Source of the DNA: an uncultured Verrucomicrobiae bacterium
GTDB lineage: Bacteria; Verrucomicrobiota; Verrucomicrobiia; Limisphaerales; JAFGQR01
Assembly (NCBI GenBank): GCA_963788655.1
Contig: CAWBHS010000057.1
Span: 192,189-256,188, forward strand
Direction: 5' to 3'
DNA length: 64,000 nt
In this document: positions 35,601-46,522 of the stretch, piece by piece
Numbering within the stretch: position 1 is the first letter of the stretch
How the letters are laid out: each line of letters opens with the position of its first letter
Position numbers and translations under genes: made by a program
Notes under the pieces: generated by a model
The model's database searches: none
What the model saw: only the letters and a program-made list of their open reading frames with translations
What the model was told of the DNA's origin: nothing

Positions 35601-36404
35601 CTGCCCGTTGGGACTCGTCGTGATGCTGATCCAGCTATTGGTGTTGACGATCGTCCAACTGCACCCGCTGAGGGTATTGAGGCCAATCGTACCAGCGCTG
35701 GCGCCGTAGCCGTGATTACGACTGGTCGGAGTCAAGGTATAGGTACACGGGGCGCCGGTTTGGATCAGGACGAATGTTTCACCGCCAATCACCACCGTCC
35801 CACTCCGGTCGTTGGGGCCTGGATTGGCGGCCACCGTGTAGTTGACTTCAGTGCTGCCGGTGCCTTCGAGGCTCGTCGTGATGGTAATCCAGGCATTGGT
35901 GTTCTCCACGGTCCAGGGGCAGCCGATGACGGAGGTCAAGCTGACGGCGCCGCCAGTCGCGCCATATCCATGGGTCCGCCCGGTCGGCGACAACTTGTAG
36001 GTGCAAGGGCGCCCGCGTTGCGTCACGTTGAACGGTTGGTCAGCAATGACGAGCACGCCCGTCCGCTCGGCGGAACTTGGATTGGCGTCCACACTGTAGA
36101 GGATGTCGCTGGTGCCGGCGCCACTGGCGCTGGACAGAATGTCGATCCAGGTGTTCGTGTTCACCACCGTCCAGGCACAGCCGCTGGTGGTCACCACGGA
36201 AACCCGATCGGTGGTGGCGCCGTAACCGTGCGTGCGCTCTATCGGGGAGAGCGCATACGTACAAGGCTCGCTCGCTTGGGCTGGGCTTTGACCGAGGACA
36301 GCCAAAGTTATCGCCAAGGGCATAAGGGCCCTCCACACCTTCTGGTTGAAGAAATTTCTCATACTTCTGCTCTCGTTTGCTTGTGGTTCGTTACACCATT
36401 TCAT
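32676..36404 (-). CDS. Secreted protein B (~1,230 aa): 13 BACON-like repeats + RFYRAV C-terminal domain
   Basis: Intact track ORF 32676..36404. The likelier start is ATG 36362 (MRNFFNQKVWRALMPLAITLAVLGQSPAQA = signal peptide). I counted 13 units, then ...LVHWDTLSRLTNTLGTIDFIDLGTTNFAQRFYRAVKQQ. Confidence 0.9.
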   Translation of the reverse strand: MKWCNEPQANESRSMRNFFNQKVWRALMPLAITLAVLGQSPAQASEPCTYALSPIERTHGYGATTDRVSVVTTSGCAWTVVNTNTWIDILSSASGAGTSDILYSVDANPSSAERTGVLVIADQPFNVTQRGRPCTYKLSPTGRTHGYGATGGAVSLTSVIGCPWTVENTNAWITITTSLEGTGSTEVNYTVAANPGPNDRSGTVVIGGETFVLIQTGAPCTYTLTPTSRNHGYGASAGTIGLNTLSGCSWTIVNTNSWISITTSPNGQGSTTVNYTVVANPGLNDRIGVVTIGGAPFTLTQAGVPCTYALTPTTRTHGYGAAVDSVSLATLDGCAWSVVNTNTWITITSNPEGSGSAIINYTVAANEGPDARTGTLVIGGETLVLTQTGALCEYALSPTSRNHGYGASAGMIGLTTLSGCTWTIVNTNSWISITTSPNGQGSTTVNYTVVANPGLNDRTGVVTIGGTPFTLIQAGVPCTYALTPTTRTHGYGAAADSVNLVALDGCVWSVVNTNTWITIASNPEGSGSATINYTVAANEGPNARTGTLVIGGETVVLTQTGAPCEYALSPTSRNHGYGASAGTIGLTTLSGCSWTIVNTNSWITITTSSNGQGSTTVNYNVADNSGLNDRTGVVTVGGTPFTLIQAGVPCTYALTPINRTHGYGAATDQVSVVTLDGCTWDVVNTNTWITINSAPSMTGSGDVEYAVQDNPGIEGRAGVIVIANQVFSVSQVGRPCTYKLSPIDRTHGYGAAADTVDLTTLDGCTWTVVNTNDWITISSSPTGTGSTQVQYSVDANAGLSNRTGVVTIGSEAFRVTQIGSPCTYSITPGSRTHGYGAAAGTVSVTTLNGCEWLVENTNSWITITSGLTGTGPGEVSYSVAANDTFNDRSGVVVIGGQPFNLGQQGQTCSYKLSPEDRLHGSGASSGTVSVTANDGCNWTVSNTNAWITISSSTTGSGNGEFSYTIPPNISALERTGLVFVADQVFTLNQRGAFCLFEFSPTNRIHGPAQETAQVAISSLTSCSWTVVSTNSWITLTSSPDGTNFGTVTYTVAPNPTRNERTGMLTIPGDPFALFTVTQSGSDCTWVIAPTEATHGPGSESGLITVTAGDGCNWTVENPNDWITISAGESGSGDGSVSYEVSANTGLEERTGQLVVANQLFTVTQQFSTVGVTLGPITMPAATGQMKLTLSGVPGEIWEVQGSTNLVHWDTLSRLTNTLGTIDFIDLGTTNFAQRFYRAVKQQ
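32679..32909 (-). other. Shared C-terminal domain, subtype 2 (protein B)
   Basis: ATGQMKLTLSGVPGEIWEVQGSTNLVHWDTLSRLTNTLGTIDFIDLGTTNFAQRFYRAVKQQ aligns with protein C PEGGVKLILFGEPGAVWELQSSADLEHWDPLTTVTNTTGTVEYIDADAINANPRFYRAVSQ. Confidence 0.7.
32910..36263 (-). repeat. Array of 13 BACON-like repeats (protein B), including a 516-bp higher-order repeat
   Basis: Unit length is exactly 86 aa. Units 3/5/7 and 4/6 are near-identical. The string GTCAATGCATA(C/G)GTGCAGGGCACGCCCGCCTGG recurs at 34441, 34957 and 35473, exactly 516 bp apart. Confidence 0.85.
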
Positions 36405-36529
36405 TCGTCACTGGATTCGGAAATTCGTAAATCCCCCCGGCGCGCCCTCCGCAGATTCGCGGCGCGCGGGGACGGGGATTTGCTGAAACTGGAACATGAT
36501 CGCGCATTGCCATGATTGGTTCGCACTGG

Positions 36530-39500
36530 TTATTGGCTTACCGCCCGATAGAATCGCGGGTTCGCGTTGATGGCATCCGCGTCGATGTATTCCACGGTGC
36601 CGGTCGTATTGGTCACGGTGGTCAAGGGATCCCAGTGTTCGAGATCCGCCGAGCTTTGCAATTCCCACACGGCACCCGGCTCACCGAACAGGATCAGCTT
36701 CACGCCTCCCTCCGGAAGGGGCGCGACCTCTTGGAACATGACGCCGCTGGTGATGGTGACCGTCGCATTCTCGTAGGTCGCTTCCAGGATGTTGGCAAAC
36801 GAGTCCGATACCTCGCGGCCAATGGGGAAATCACCCATGGTGACGGAAGTGGAAGCCGTCTCACTCACCTCCGCCGCCTGGAAACAAACCTCGGCAATCA
36901 CGTGCGTCCCGGTTGTGAATGCGGTCCCAAACGGCAGCGCGATCAGCAAGCCCACCGCGCCGGAATCGGCGTGCGCCGTATTGACAATCACGGTGGCGTT
37001 GCTGGCGTCGCTGCCCTTGGTAGCCGACAGGAAGGTCAACAACTCCGGATCGAAGTTGAGGCTGAAGCTCAAGGCATTTTCATCGCCTTGGGCCTCCAGT
37101 AGAATTTGCAGGCAATTGGACTGGCCGCTGCCAATATTCATGTTGGCGACCGTGATCACGCGCTGTTGCTGGGGCGCAAAACCTTTGGTGGACGACGCGC
37201 CCGCGCCCGGATCGAGCAACAGCGGCGCAAATCCCGGGGCGGAACCGCCCACGGGTACCGCCGGGTCCAATCCCGCGGCATAACGCCCGGCCTGCACCCA
37301 ATCGGAAATGGTGATGCTGCCGTTACCGGAAGGTTTGGGCGCGCAGTCCACCCGGGAAAATTCGCACGGATCGGTGGTGGTATCGAGGCCCGCGGCAAAG
37401 CGCCCGACCTGCACCCAGTCGGAAATGGAAATCGCTCCGTTGCCGTTGGGCCGCGGCGCAGCATCGGCCATCAGACCGCTGCACGAACTGCCGCCACTGA
37501 CCACCACGGTGAAACTTTGGGTCGCGCTCAAGCTCGGCACCCCGCTGTCCGTGGCGGACACCAGCACCCCGTTGGTACTGGGGCCCTGACCCGAGCCAGG
37601 GGTCCAGGTGAAGACGCCCGCCGGGCTGACGCTGGCACCGGCGGGTCCCGAAACCAGGGAATACGTGAACGTTTGTGCCGGCAGATCGGTATCGATCACC
37701 GGGATCGTGAGACTGACCAAGGTGCCGACACTGACCGACTGGTCCGCCATGGGATCAATGACCGGTGGATTGTTCACCTCGTTAACCGTCACGGTAAACG
37801 TCTGGGTGTCATTCAATGCCGGTTCTCCGTTGTCGGTGACGGCGACGGTGATCGAGTAATCGACGCCGCCCTGGGATTCGATGGGAGTCCAGGTGAACCC
37901 ACCCGTTGCCGGATCAATGGCAGCCCCGTACGGCGCTCCCGCCATCAACGAAAAGGTCAACGGCTGGGCCGGCACGTCGCCGTCGGTGGCGAACACCGTA
38001 AAACTCAGTAATTGGCCTTCATTCACGCTGCGGTCCAGAATCGGCCCCAGCGTCGGCGCATACACATTGCCAGTGACAATGTTGGAGGTGCCGGGCGTGG
38101 GCGTGGTCATGAATTGGAAACCACCGGTAAGGTTGCCATCGTGGAAGCGCCCCTGGCTGACGTCGGCGATTTGGCTGCCGAAAATAACCGTATCCACATT
38201 CACGCCTTCAGGACTGAACAGGCCGATTTCATCCCCGCTCTTCGAGATTTTGAAACTGGTGTGCAGGGCGTTTCCCATCATGTTGGTGCCGGAATTGTCA
38301 TTGTCCGCCCAGCAGAGCAGGAAGCTGTTCGGCGCGAGGGTAACGCCCTCGGGAATGCGCCATTCCTTCTCATTGTTCAAGCTGTCGGTCAGATAGAACC
38401 CGGACAAATTGAGCGTGAGCGACCCGAAGTTGTAGAGTTCGAACCAGTCGTCATACCGCTGCGTGAGGGGATCCAGCAACGTGCGCGTGTTGCTGGCCAT
38501 CCACTCGTTGATCACCACCGGCACCGGCGCCGGATTGTTGGCCGCGCCGGGCGTCACGAAATAGAACAGTTGTTGGTCAAACAGTTGTCCGTCCGGGTAG
38601 GCGCCAAAGGACAAGCCGGGGGACATGTTGGTGTAATTGAGGTAATCCACGATCAACTGCCCGCGGGAGAGCGCCACCGAGCCATTGACCGGATCGAGCC
38701 GGAAAGAGGTGTGCAACACCGACTCCGTGGAAAGCTCCGGCTGGCCATCGGCAAAGATGATGCGGAACTCGCCGGGATTGATCAAGGTGCCGGCGGGGAA
38801 GGCCCATTCATTCAGCGGGTCATAGGTCGCAGAAAGGAAGAAACCGTCGAGCGACAGGATGTTGGTGCTGCTGTTGTACAGTTCGATCCAAGGTTGGGGT
38901 GTGCCGGAATTGTCCACCAAACCGTCCGGATTGTCCGGCTGGACTTCATTGATCCAGACCAATGGATAAGCCGGCAGCGTACCGGTACCCCAATTGGCCT
39001 CGCCGGGCGTGGCGTACGCGGGACGTGCGTCGAGCTCGGACAGAAAGGAGCCCACCCCCAAACGCACAGTGAGCGTGTTGGCGGTGGAACCGGGATTCGA
39101 GCGGTACCAGAAACTCAGGGTGTAAGTGTTGGCGGTGTTGATGGTGGTCACGTCCTGGTACAGGCAGCGCGACGTACTGCCTGACCGCGCAAAGACCAGG
39201 TGCAGGCTGCTGGCACCGGAATGGGCCAGGGCTGTGCTGACCGCGGAGCCCTCCGCACCGTTGGAGCCCAGCACGCCCCAATCACTGCCCAGCGGTAATT
39301 CGAACTCGCCGTTTCGCACCGCGTTGTCGCCGACCCCGGGCACCGACCCTGGCACCAGCGTCATGTCGTCGATATAAATATCCCCCGCGGCATCGAGGTA
39401 GAGGTAAATACGGGTGCCGGACGGTTTGCCGGTAAAGCTGAAGAAATGCCAGGCGGACCCGTCATCCCAGTTGCTCACCCGGGAGTTGTCCTGGGCGGCA

Positions 39501-42500
39501 TCGATGAGTTGCAGTGATTTGCCTGCGCCGGGGGTAGCCGGACCGGCGGGCCAGGGCGGTTCGGCGCGGAACTTCACCTGGTCGATGACGATGTCCGTCT
39601 CATTGGTCGTCGGGGCGCGCTGGAGCAACGTCAGCCGTTCCCCGTCGGGATCGAGGTTGCCGTTGAATTCGCCGGCGATCCGCGGGCCAGTCCCATAGGC
39701 CGTTTGGAACGCGACGGTGTCCTTCACCACCATCAGGAACTCCTGCGGGCCAATAATGGTTCCGGGACCGAAATTAAAATCGACGCCCTTCAACCGAAAG
39801 TCGGCCAGGCCAAACGTGGTGTTGGTGGAGCGATTGTAAATCTCGACGTACTCAGCATTGGTGACGGCAGGATTATACATGATTTCGTTGATCACCAGGC
39901 TGTCTTCCAGCCGGCTGACCGGGCCGTCGAAATAGATGGTCATGGCGGTGGTGGCATCGCCCAGTGGATTGCCATCGGCGTCGTAGCCTTGCACGACGAG
40001 GTGGTTGGTCTGGCCGCTGAGCGGTACTTGCGTGGACCAGTTGGTGATGGTGGACCAGGTGATCGGATAAGCCACGCCGTTGATGGTGATCTCGCGCGCG
40101 GAAATCGAAGCCGTGCCCTCAAGGGTCACCAGGGTGCTGCTACTGGTATAATCAACCCCGCCGTGGGTGGTGATTGCAAAGTCCACGTCCGCCTGCTGGA
40201 GCAACCAGAAGATGTAATCGCGCCGGGCGCCCAGGAAGTTTTTCACCGCGGTGGGTTCGGCCGCGTTGATGCCGCTAGCCAGGTAGGCGGCATTGCGGGC
40301 GTCGAGCACCGGGTGCAACCGGGAGGGATCGAGCGGGCCGTAGGCGGCATCCTCGAGGGCCTGCCAATAATAGCGCAGCACCAGGGGTTGGTTGAAGAGA
40401 TTGGTGATCGGCGGATCGGAGAAATCAAAGAGCGAATCCGTGGGATTGCCGGAGAACGCGGCGTCGATGTCCCAGATGAAGAACCTCCAGGACATCGCCA
40501 CCGGGCTTGTACAGGAAAGCGTTCTGGCCGCCGGGTTTGGTGGCGTCACCTTTGATGCGGCGGCTGCCATACAGGTCGGTGTTATTGATGATGCGCTCCG
40601 CCGCAAATGATCGCGCCCATTCGAGGATATCCACATTAGGATAGACTTGCGCGGCATAGGCATCGCCCGTGGCGGTCGTATTCAAAATGTCCACCAGGCT
40701 AAAGAGGTTGGTGTAATTGTGGGCCGAATCCTTCACCGCGCGCTTGGGAAACGTTTGACGGTAGCGGGCCAGTTTCTTGACCCCACCCGTCGTCGTAAAG
40801 GGCAGGAGGCTGGGAAGCGTATTGCCATGGTGGGTGGTGTCGTCGCTGTACTCATACCAGTACGCCACCTTGTACAATCGCCCGCGGGAGCTGTCGGGAT
40901 ACCATTGGGCATCAAAATCCTTGTTCGGCCGCTGGGTATCTTCGTAAATGATGCCCCGGCGCAAACCGTTAATAAACATATTGACCGCGCGTCGATGGAG
41001 CGCCGGAATGCCAAGTTGATCGACCAGCCAGAAACCAATTTGTTCATCCAATCCCGTGGCGTCTTTGCCCCACAGACCGGGTTGCTGCACCCGGATGGAA
41101 TCCGCATCCATCAGTCGGTCATCCGACGGCAGGAGAATCTGGTAATCGCAGTTCGTGCCGATAGGCGAATCATACAGTTTGGTGTGGGCCGGACTGCCGG
41201 CGTAGTGGCTGCCCGCGTTGTAAATGGTGCGAAAGTTGCCATAGACAAACGTGCCGGCAAAAATATCGTTGCTGAATTTCTCCTGCGCCAGCCAGTTGTT
41301 CAGGCTCGCCTGGGTCAGCCAGAAACGGTAGGTGCCGTAGGTGGCCAGGGGTTGTTCGCTGCCAAAGTTCACCAGGCATTCGCGGGTCGGGGCGTCGTTC
41401 GGAAATCGCGTCGTCGCCGCCGGCGAATACTGGTCGGTAGCTTGCACGTAAAACGCCACCAAGGTGCCCTTCGGCTGGCCGGGAATGGTGGCCGCATACA
41501 CCCCGTCCTTGGGAATCGCGTCGCCACCGGTGCCATTGTCCACCATCGTCAACGTGGCCGGAGCACCAAAGGGATCGATGCGATAGATCACTTGGACGGA
41601 GGCCAGCCCGTCGGGATCGTACACGCGGGCCCGGATGACGACCGGCTCGCCGTCCGCCGGCAGCACCGGAGTAGGAGTGATGTCGTCAATGGCCGGGCCG
41701 GTGTTGGCCGCCCAGCGGCTGTTGCGTTCACCGGGCGTTCCGAGATTGGGCGGCACGTCGAGCACGCCGGCAACTTCCAACATGTTACCGCGAAGTCGAA
41801 AGAGGATTTCCGGCTTGCCATGGAGCCATTTGACGCGAGCGGTGATGGATCCGACGACGTTGGAGGGATAGCTCTGGGTCAGATGGGTATAAATCCGATT
41901 GGCACCGGTGTCGCCACCATCGGTCGCCACGACGTGCAGCGAGCGGGTGCTGTTGTAGCCGGTGGTTTCCAGGTAGCAATGTTTATGGTTGCCCTGGAAG
42001 ACCCAATAGTCCAAGCCGGTTTGAAAGGTCGAGTTGGTGACCATGTTCAGACCGCCGGCCGTGTCGGTAACGCGCACATCCACGTTGTCCACCAGGCACT
42101 CACCCCGATCCAGCATCGTAATTTGCAGCGAGTCCCAATCGCTCGGGGAATCGTCGCCGTTGTCGAGCCGGCCACTGGTGGTCACCAGGGTCCACGGGCT
42201 CTTGGCCGAATCGTCACTGTCGGCCCAGTTGCTCGCCAGGCGATTGTCGCTGCGGGGATCGATGAGTTCGAGGCTGCTGCCTTCGCCATCATTCCATTTG
42301 CCCCAACGGCCCCCGGTGCCATAACTCACCTCGTCCACGACGATGTAAATGAGGTTGGTTTTCACCACGCCGTTCAGGTTGGTGCTGACGACGGTGTCGG
42401 GCATCGACACCGCGATCCGTTCCCCGGAATTCTTGAGGCTGCCACCATAGTCGCCCACCGTATTGTTGGCGTTCAGAACGGGATATTTCGACCGCAACTG

Positions 42501-45500
42501 CAGCGCGTTCTTGGCCACCACCAGATAGCCGTTGGCGGGAACGGTGGTGTTGGTAGGAAACGCGAAATCAATCCCGTCCGTCATCTGCCAGCCGGTCAAA
42601 TTGATCGTCGTGCCGCCCCGGTTGTACAATTCCACGTACTCGTCGTTATCGTCGTCGGTGATTGGGTGATACATGATTTCGTTGATCACCAGGCTGGGGA
42701 GGCGCAAGCCGGCATTGGGCGCCCCGGGCGTCTTGGCGGACAGCGGATGGAACATTGGGGCCCCATCGGGATACCGGCCGGTGGCTACGCCGTTCTGTTG
42801 ACCCTCAAACATCACCACATCGACGACGCGGGTCTGGTTCGAGTTGATGAAGAAAATGGTTTCGCCACCGGCATCGAGGGCAAAACCCAGCGTGGTTTCC
42901 GTGAAATACACGAATCCCGTTGGGCCAATGGTAGTGCCGTTGGGAATCCGGAATTTGTTCGTGCTGAAATCGTCACTGAGCCAGCAGCCGGATAAATCCA
43001 CCGGCGAGGTGCTGTGGTTGTACAGTTCGATCCAATCCAATTCCGGCAAATCGGTGTGGGCCAGGAACTCGTTAATCTTGACGTTGCGCACTGATTCGTA
43101 GCGCACCCCGTCCACCCGGCCCGGTGACCCGCCGATCAATTCGCTGGGACCCCACGCTTCCACGTGCCCCTCGCCGTACGACGGGCGGGCCAAAACCAGC
43201 GAATGTCCTGCGCCATCGGCCACCACCGGCCACGGCGGCTTGGTGTTGTATTCCACTTCGAGGAGGACGGCGTCCGCGGGGTTGCGCAAGCGGACGGTAC
43301 CGGATTTGTTGGAGAGACTGTTCGTGTAAGGCCCGATCACATTCGCAATGCCATAGACGGCTTGAAGATCGGCCGGATTGCGCGCAATCACCAGGAAGGC
43401 GCCGCCTTGCAGGATGGTTCCCGGAGGAAACGTATAACTCAGATCCCCCGTGATGCGGTAGCCACTGATGTCTTCGTAGAAGGGATTGGTGTTGTACAAC
43501 TCCACGAATTCCAGACTGCGGCCATCAGCACGGGGCGCCGGGTGATACATGATTTCACTGAACACCAACGCCGTGCGACGGGACGACGGACCCAACGGTT
43601 CGGTGGTAATCGGCAGCAGCCCCACCACCTCGCCTGAGCAGTCACTGAAATCCCGGAATTGTGCGCTCACGCTTTGCTCCGGACTGTGGCTGGCGACGGC
43701 GAAGCCCAGGTAGATGGTCGAGGACACCGACAGATAAGCGGTGCCGAGCAGCGTCCAAGTGTGACCATCATAGCTGGCGTAGCCATTGAAGCGGGTGCCA
43801 CCCACGCGTTCGAGCCGCAACCACGTGGCCGGGTAGTTCACCGGGAACGTGCCCATTGCCTGTGGCAGCGCGCCCGTGTTGGTGCGCGCCTGGAAGAACG
43901 TGCCCACGATACTGGGCGTGCAAAACACCCCCGCATACCGACTGTTGGTGCCCAAATCTTCCCGCGCCATTAAACCCGCCATGGTCCACGGATCGGCAAA
44001 GTCCAGGCCCTGCACCCGCACCTTCACATCAAAATCCCCCCGGCGCTGTTGGTAGCCAAAGTTAAATAGATCGCTGGCGCTGTTCAGATCGCCGCCGGCA
44101 ACGGTCATGTCCACCCCGGTGCCCGCAAACACCAGCGAACCCGGTTGGGACACCGTCCCGATGTCTTGCGGAAAGAAATCAGCCGCCAGGAAAGTGAACG
44201 GTGAGTTCGCCGCGATCATGTTCGCAGCGACGGCCCGGTCGCGCACCCCGCTGACGGTGATCGTGTAGTCGGTACCAAACGTCAGCGGCCCGGTGCTGAG
44301 GGTCACGGCACGATAGTCGCCACTCAACGTCGCGGACACAAGGTCCACTCCCGGGATGTTGTAGTTGGCCAATTGGGTGGCTGACGCAGTCTCGACGGGT
44401 TCGGTAAAATAAACCACCACATGGTTGGCACCGTCGTTGTACACATTGGCCAGCGCGGGCGGCGTCACGTCCGCCGCGACATTCAACGTGGCGGCCACGG
44501 TATTGGTGGTCCCGACAGGATTGGACAACACGCATCGAAAGGTCGCGCCATTATCAGCGAGGGCCACCATCGAAAGGGTGTAGGCGGCGTTCGTGGCGCC
44601 GGAAATATTCAGGCCGTTTTTCTGCCATTGGAAGGCGACCGGATCCAGGTTACTGACCGCGGCGTTAAAGGTCACCGTGGCGCCCTCGACCACATTGGTG
44701 GTGGCGGGTTCCAAAACAATGAGCGGCAGGGTCATGCCATAAGGCGTGCAGCGAGCCGCCGGAATGGGTTCCTCGAACGTCCCGTCAGGCAATTGCCAGC
44801 GCACCGCCAAATGGTCGGGTGGGTACCCGCCGGAAACGGCGAATTGCGACAAGGCCTCGAGGTAGTATTGCTGGCCGGCGACCAAGGGAATGACCACGGA
44901 CTTTTGGTTGGGTTGCAAGCCCCATTGCCGCGAGGACACAGTACGTGTCCGCGATTACCGACGCAATTTGCCGCGCGCTCGCCGGATTCTCATTGGTGCC
45001 CAGCAACAGGATGCCGGTATCGTCCGCCGCGATCCAGAAGGTGTAGTCGCCAGTAACCGGCGGCAGGAGCCGGGCACGCAACCGCTGTCCGTAATTGTTG
45101 AGCAGCCAACCCGGAGTCTCGAACGCATTGGTCAACAGTTCGACGCTGGTCGGCGAATTCGGGTACGCCGGGCTATTGGTTAAATCGGACACAAAACGGC
45201 TCGCCACTCCGGTAAAAATTTCGCGGTAGATACCCTTCAACTGCACCGTGAAGGTCCAAGGCGAATTGGCGGCAATCGCGTTCCGCGCGGCGGCCCGATC
45301 CCGGACATTTTTGACCGTGAGCAGGTAGGCCGTGCCGCGCACCAGGGGTGAAGTCGTCAGACGCACTTCACGCGTCGTCGCGCCCATCACGGCCTTGCTG
45401 ACGGTCGCGCCGTTGTTGAGGGTGTAATTGGCGGCGTTGGTGGCGGTGTTCAGTTCCACCGGCTCGCTGAAGAGCACCTGCACCGTGTTCGTGGTAAGGT

Positions 45501-46497
45501 TGGCCGCGCTGGAAAAGACCGGGGCAATGGTGTCCGGGAGCACGGTCAGAATGGCTTCGCTCGAGGTTTGCACGCCGAAGATGTTGCTGACCACGCAACG
45601 GAACCGTGCGCCGTTGTCATTGGTGGTCACCGCCGAAAGCGTGTAGGTGGCGCCGGTGATCCCGGAGAGCACCCCACCGTCGCGCTGCCACTGGTAACCC
45701 ACCGCATCCAGGTTGGCTACTTCCACGTGGAAACTGGCCGGCGCATTCTCCAGCACGGTGGTCGAGGAGGGCTGCCGCAACAGCACGGGTTGGGTCGAGG
45801 GCGCGGCACCAAAAGGGAGCAGCCGCGTGGCTGGCATCGGCAGTTCCATGGTGCCATCGGGAAGCTTCCAGCCGACGTTGAGGAAATCGTATCCCAAGCC
45901 CGCGCTTTGCAGCGCTTCGATGTAATAGCGTTTGCCGGCTTCGAGATAGATGCTGGGTGATTGCTGGCTGGGATGATTGAAATAGGTACCGTAGGTCACG
46001 GTATTGGTCACCATGCCAATGAGTTGTTTGTTGGCCGGACTCTCGTCCGTGCTCAAGAGCAGTTGGCCGGTGTCATCAGCGGCAATCCAAAACACGTACG
46101 TGCCCGACACCGGTGGCACCACCAACGCGCGCAACCGCTGCCCGTAATAGTCACCGTATTGAAGCGGCGTCGTGAATTCATTGGTCAGCACCTCGGTGAA
46201 CGTGGGGAAATCGGGGAAGCTGGAATCGTTCGTCAACCCCAGCAGCGAACTACTGATGAGCCCGGTATAGACCTGGCGGTAAACGCCGTACGATTGGCCC
46301 CAAGCCGGTGTCCCCGCTCCCAGCAGGAGCAGCAGCGCGGCGAGCAGGCCGCGCCATCCGCTGAATATCCTGGCGACCGGGCGGTGGCGCCGCGCTTCGC
46401 TTCCCATCGCTCGGGGAGTTTGTGGTCTCGCCAAGCGTCTCATGTGCAATTGCATAAATGACCTTTCTAAAGGTTGATCCCTCCCTGGACCGACCAC
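36530..46497 (-). CDS. Giant secreted CotH-kinase-family protein C (~3,300 aa): PA14 x2, Ig/SbsA-Ig, jelly-roll, lamin-tail domains x6, CotH, He_PIG-like Ig x2, dockerin-like pair, cohesin-like, RFYRAV domain; two apparent frameshifts (~44945, ~40500)
   Basis: Track ORFs 44785..46497, 40425..44939 and 36530..40663 join. The second PA14 is split (...NENPASARQIASVIADT | SSRQWGLQPNQKSVVIPLVAGQQYYLEAL). CotH is split (...NAFLYKPGG | MSWRFFIWDIDAAFSGNP). Signal peptide ...RIFSGWRGLLAALLLLLGAGTPAWGQ. Start codon is ambiguous (46497/46455/46443/46407). LTD signatures LVFSEIMYHP..LEFVELYN, VKINEFLAHT..WIELYN, LVINEIMYHP..EYVELYN, LVINEIMYNP..EYVEIYN, VWINEVQPDN..WIELYN, VVINEWMASN..WFELYN. Confidence 0.85.
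36533..36742 (-). other. Shared C-terminal domain, subtype 2 (protein C)
   Basis: VMFQEVAPLPEGGVKLILFGEPGAVWELQSSADLEHWDPLTTVTNTTGTVEYIDADAINANPRFYRAVSQ. Confidence 0.7.
36743..37168 (-). other. Cohesin-like domain (protein C)
   Basis: VITVANMNIGSGQSNCLQILLEAQGDENALSFSLNFDPELLTFLSATKGSD...HVIAEVCFQAAEVSETASTSVTMGDFPIGREVSDSFANIL. Close paralogue of 31985-32404. Confidence 0.6.
37265..37470 (-). other. Dockerin-like duplicated segment (protein C)
   Basis: Two 22-27-aa copies: APRPNGNGAISISDWVQVGRFAAGLD and APKPSGNGSITISDWVQAGRYAAGLD. Each has an N-G-N-G-x-I-x-I-x-D loop followed by a helix, like the dockerin calcium-loop/helix duplication. The first Asp of the canonical loop is absent. Confidence 0.5.
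40200..41340 (-). other. CotH kinase-like domain (protein C), contains the ~40500 frame break
   Basis: RFWLTQASLNNWLAQEKFSNDIFAGTFVYGNFRTIYNAGSHYAGS...VNMFINGLRRGIIYEDTQRPNKDFDAQWYP...RLYKVAYWYEY...FFIWDIDAAFSG...RRDYIFWLLQ. The CotH + LTD pairing is a known architecture. Confidence 0.65.
44740..45238 (-). other. PA14-like domain 2 (protein C), contains the ~44945 frame break
   Basis: KGIYREIFTGV...GQRLRARLLPPVTGDYTFWIAADDTGILLLGTNENPASARQI...LVAGQQYYLEALSQFAVSGGYPPDHLAVRWQLPDG. Confidence 0.6.
45832..46290 (-). other. PA14-like domain 1 (protein C)
   Basis: YGVYRQVYTGL...GQRLRALVVPPVSGTYVFWIAADDTGQLLLSTDESPANKQLI...YLEAGKRYYIEALQSAGLGYDFLNVGWKLPDG. Confidence 0.6.
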
Positions 46498-46522
46498 GTT
46501 CTTGTCTTAACGAATGATCGGA

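Noticed and set aside
21095-36263. Regular 258-bp periodicity that could superficially suggest a CRISPR-like or satellite array.
   Set aside because: The period equals one 86-aa protein repeat in an open reading frame. There is no short-repeat/unique-spacer structure, and all units translate to a conserved domain.
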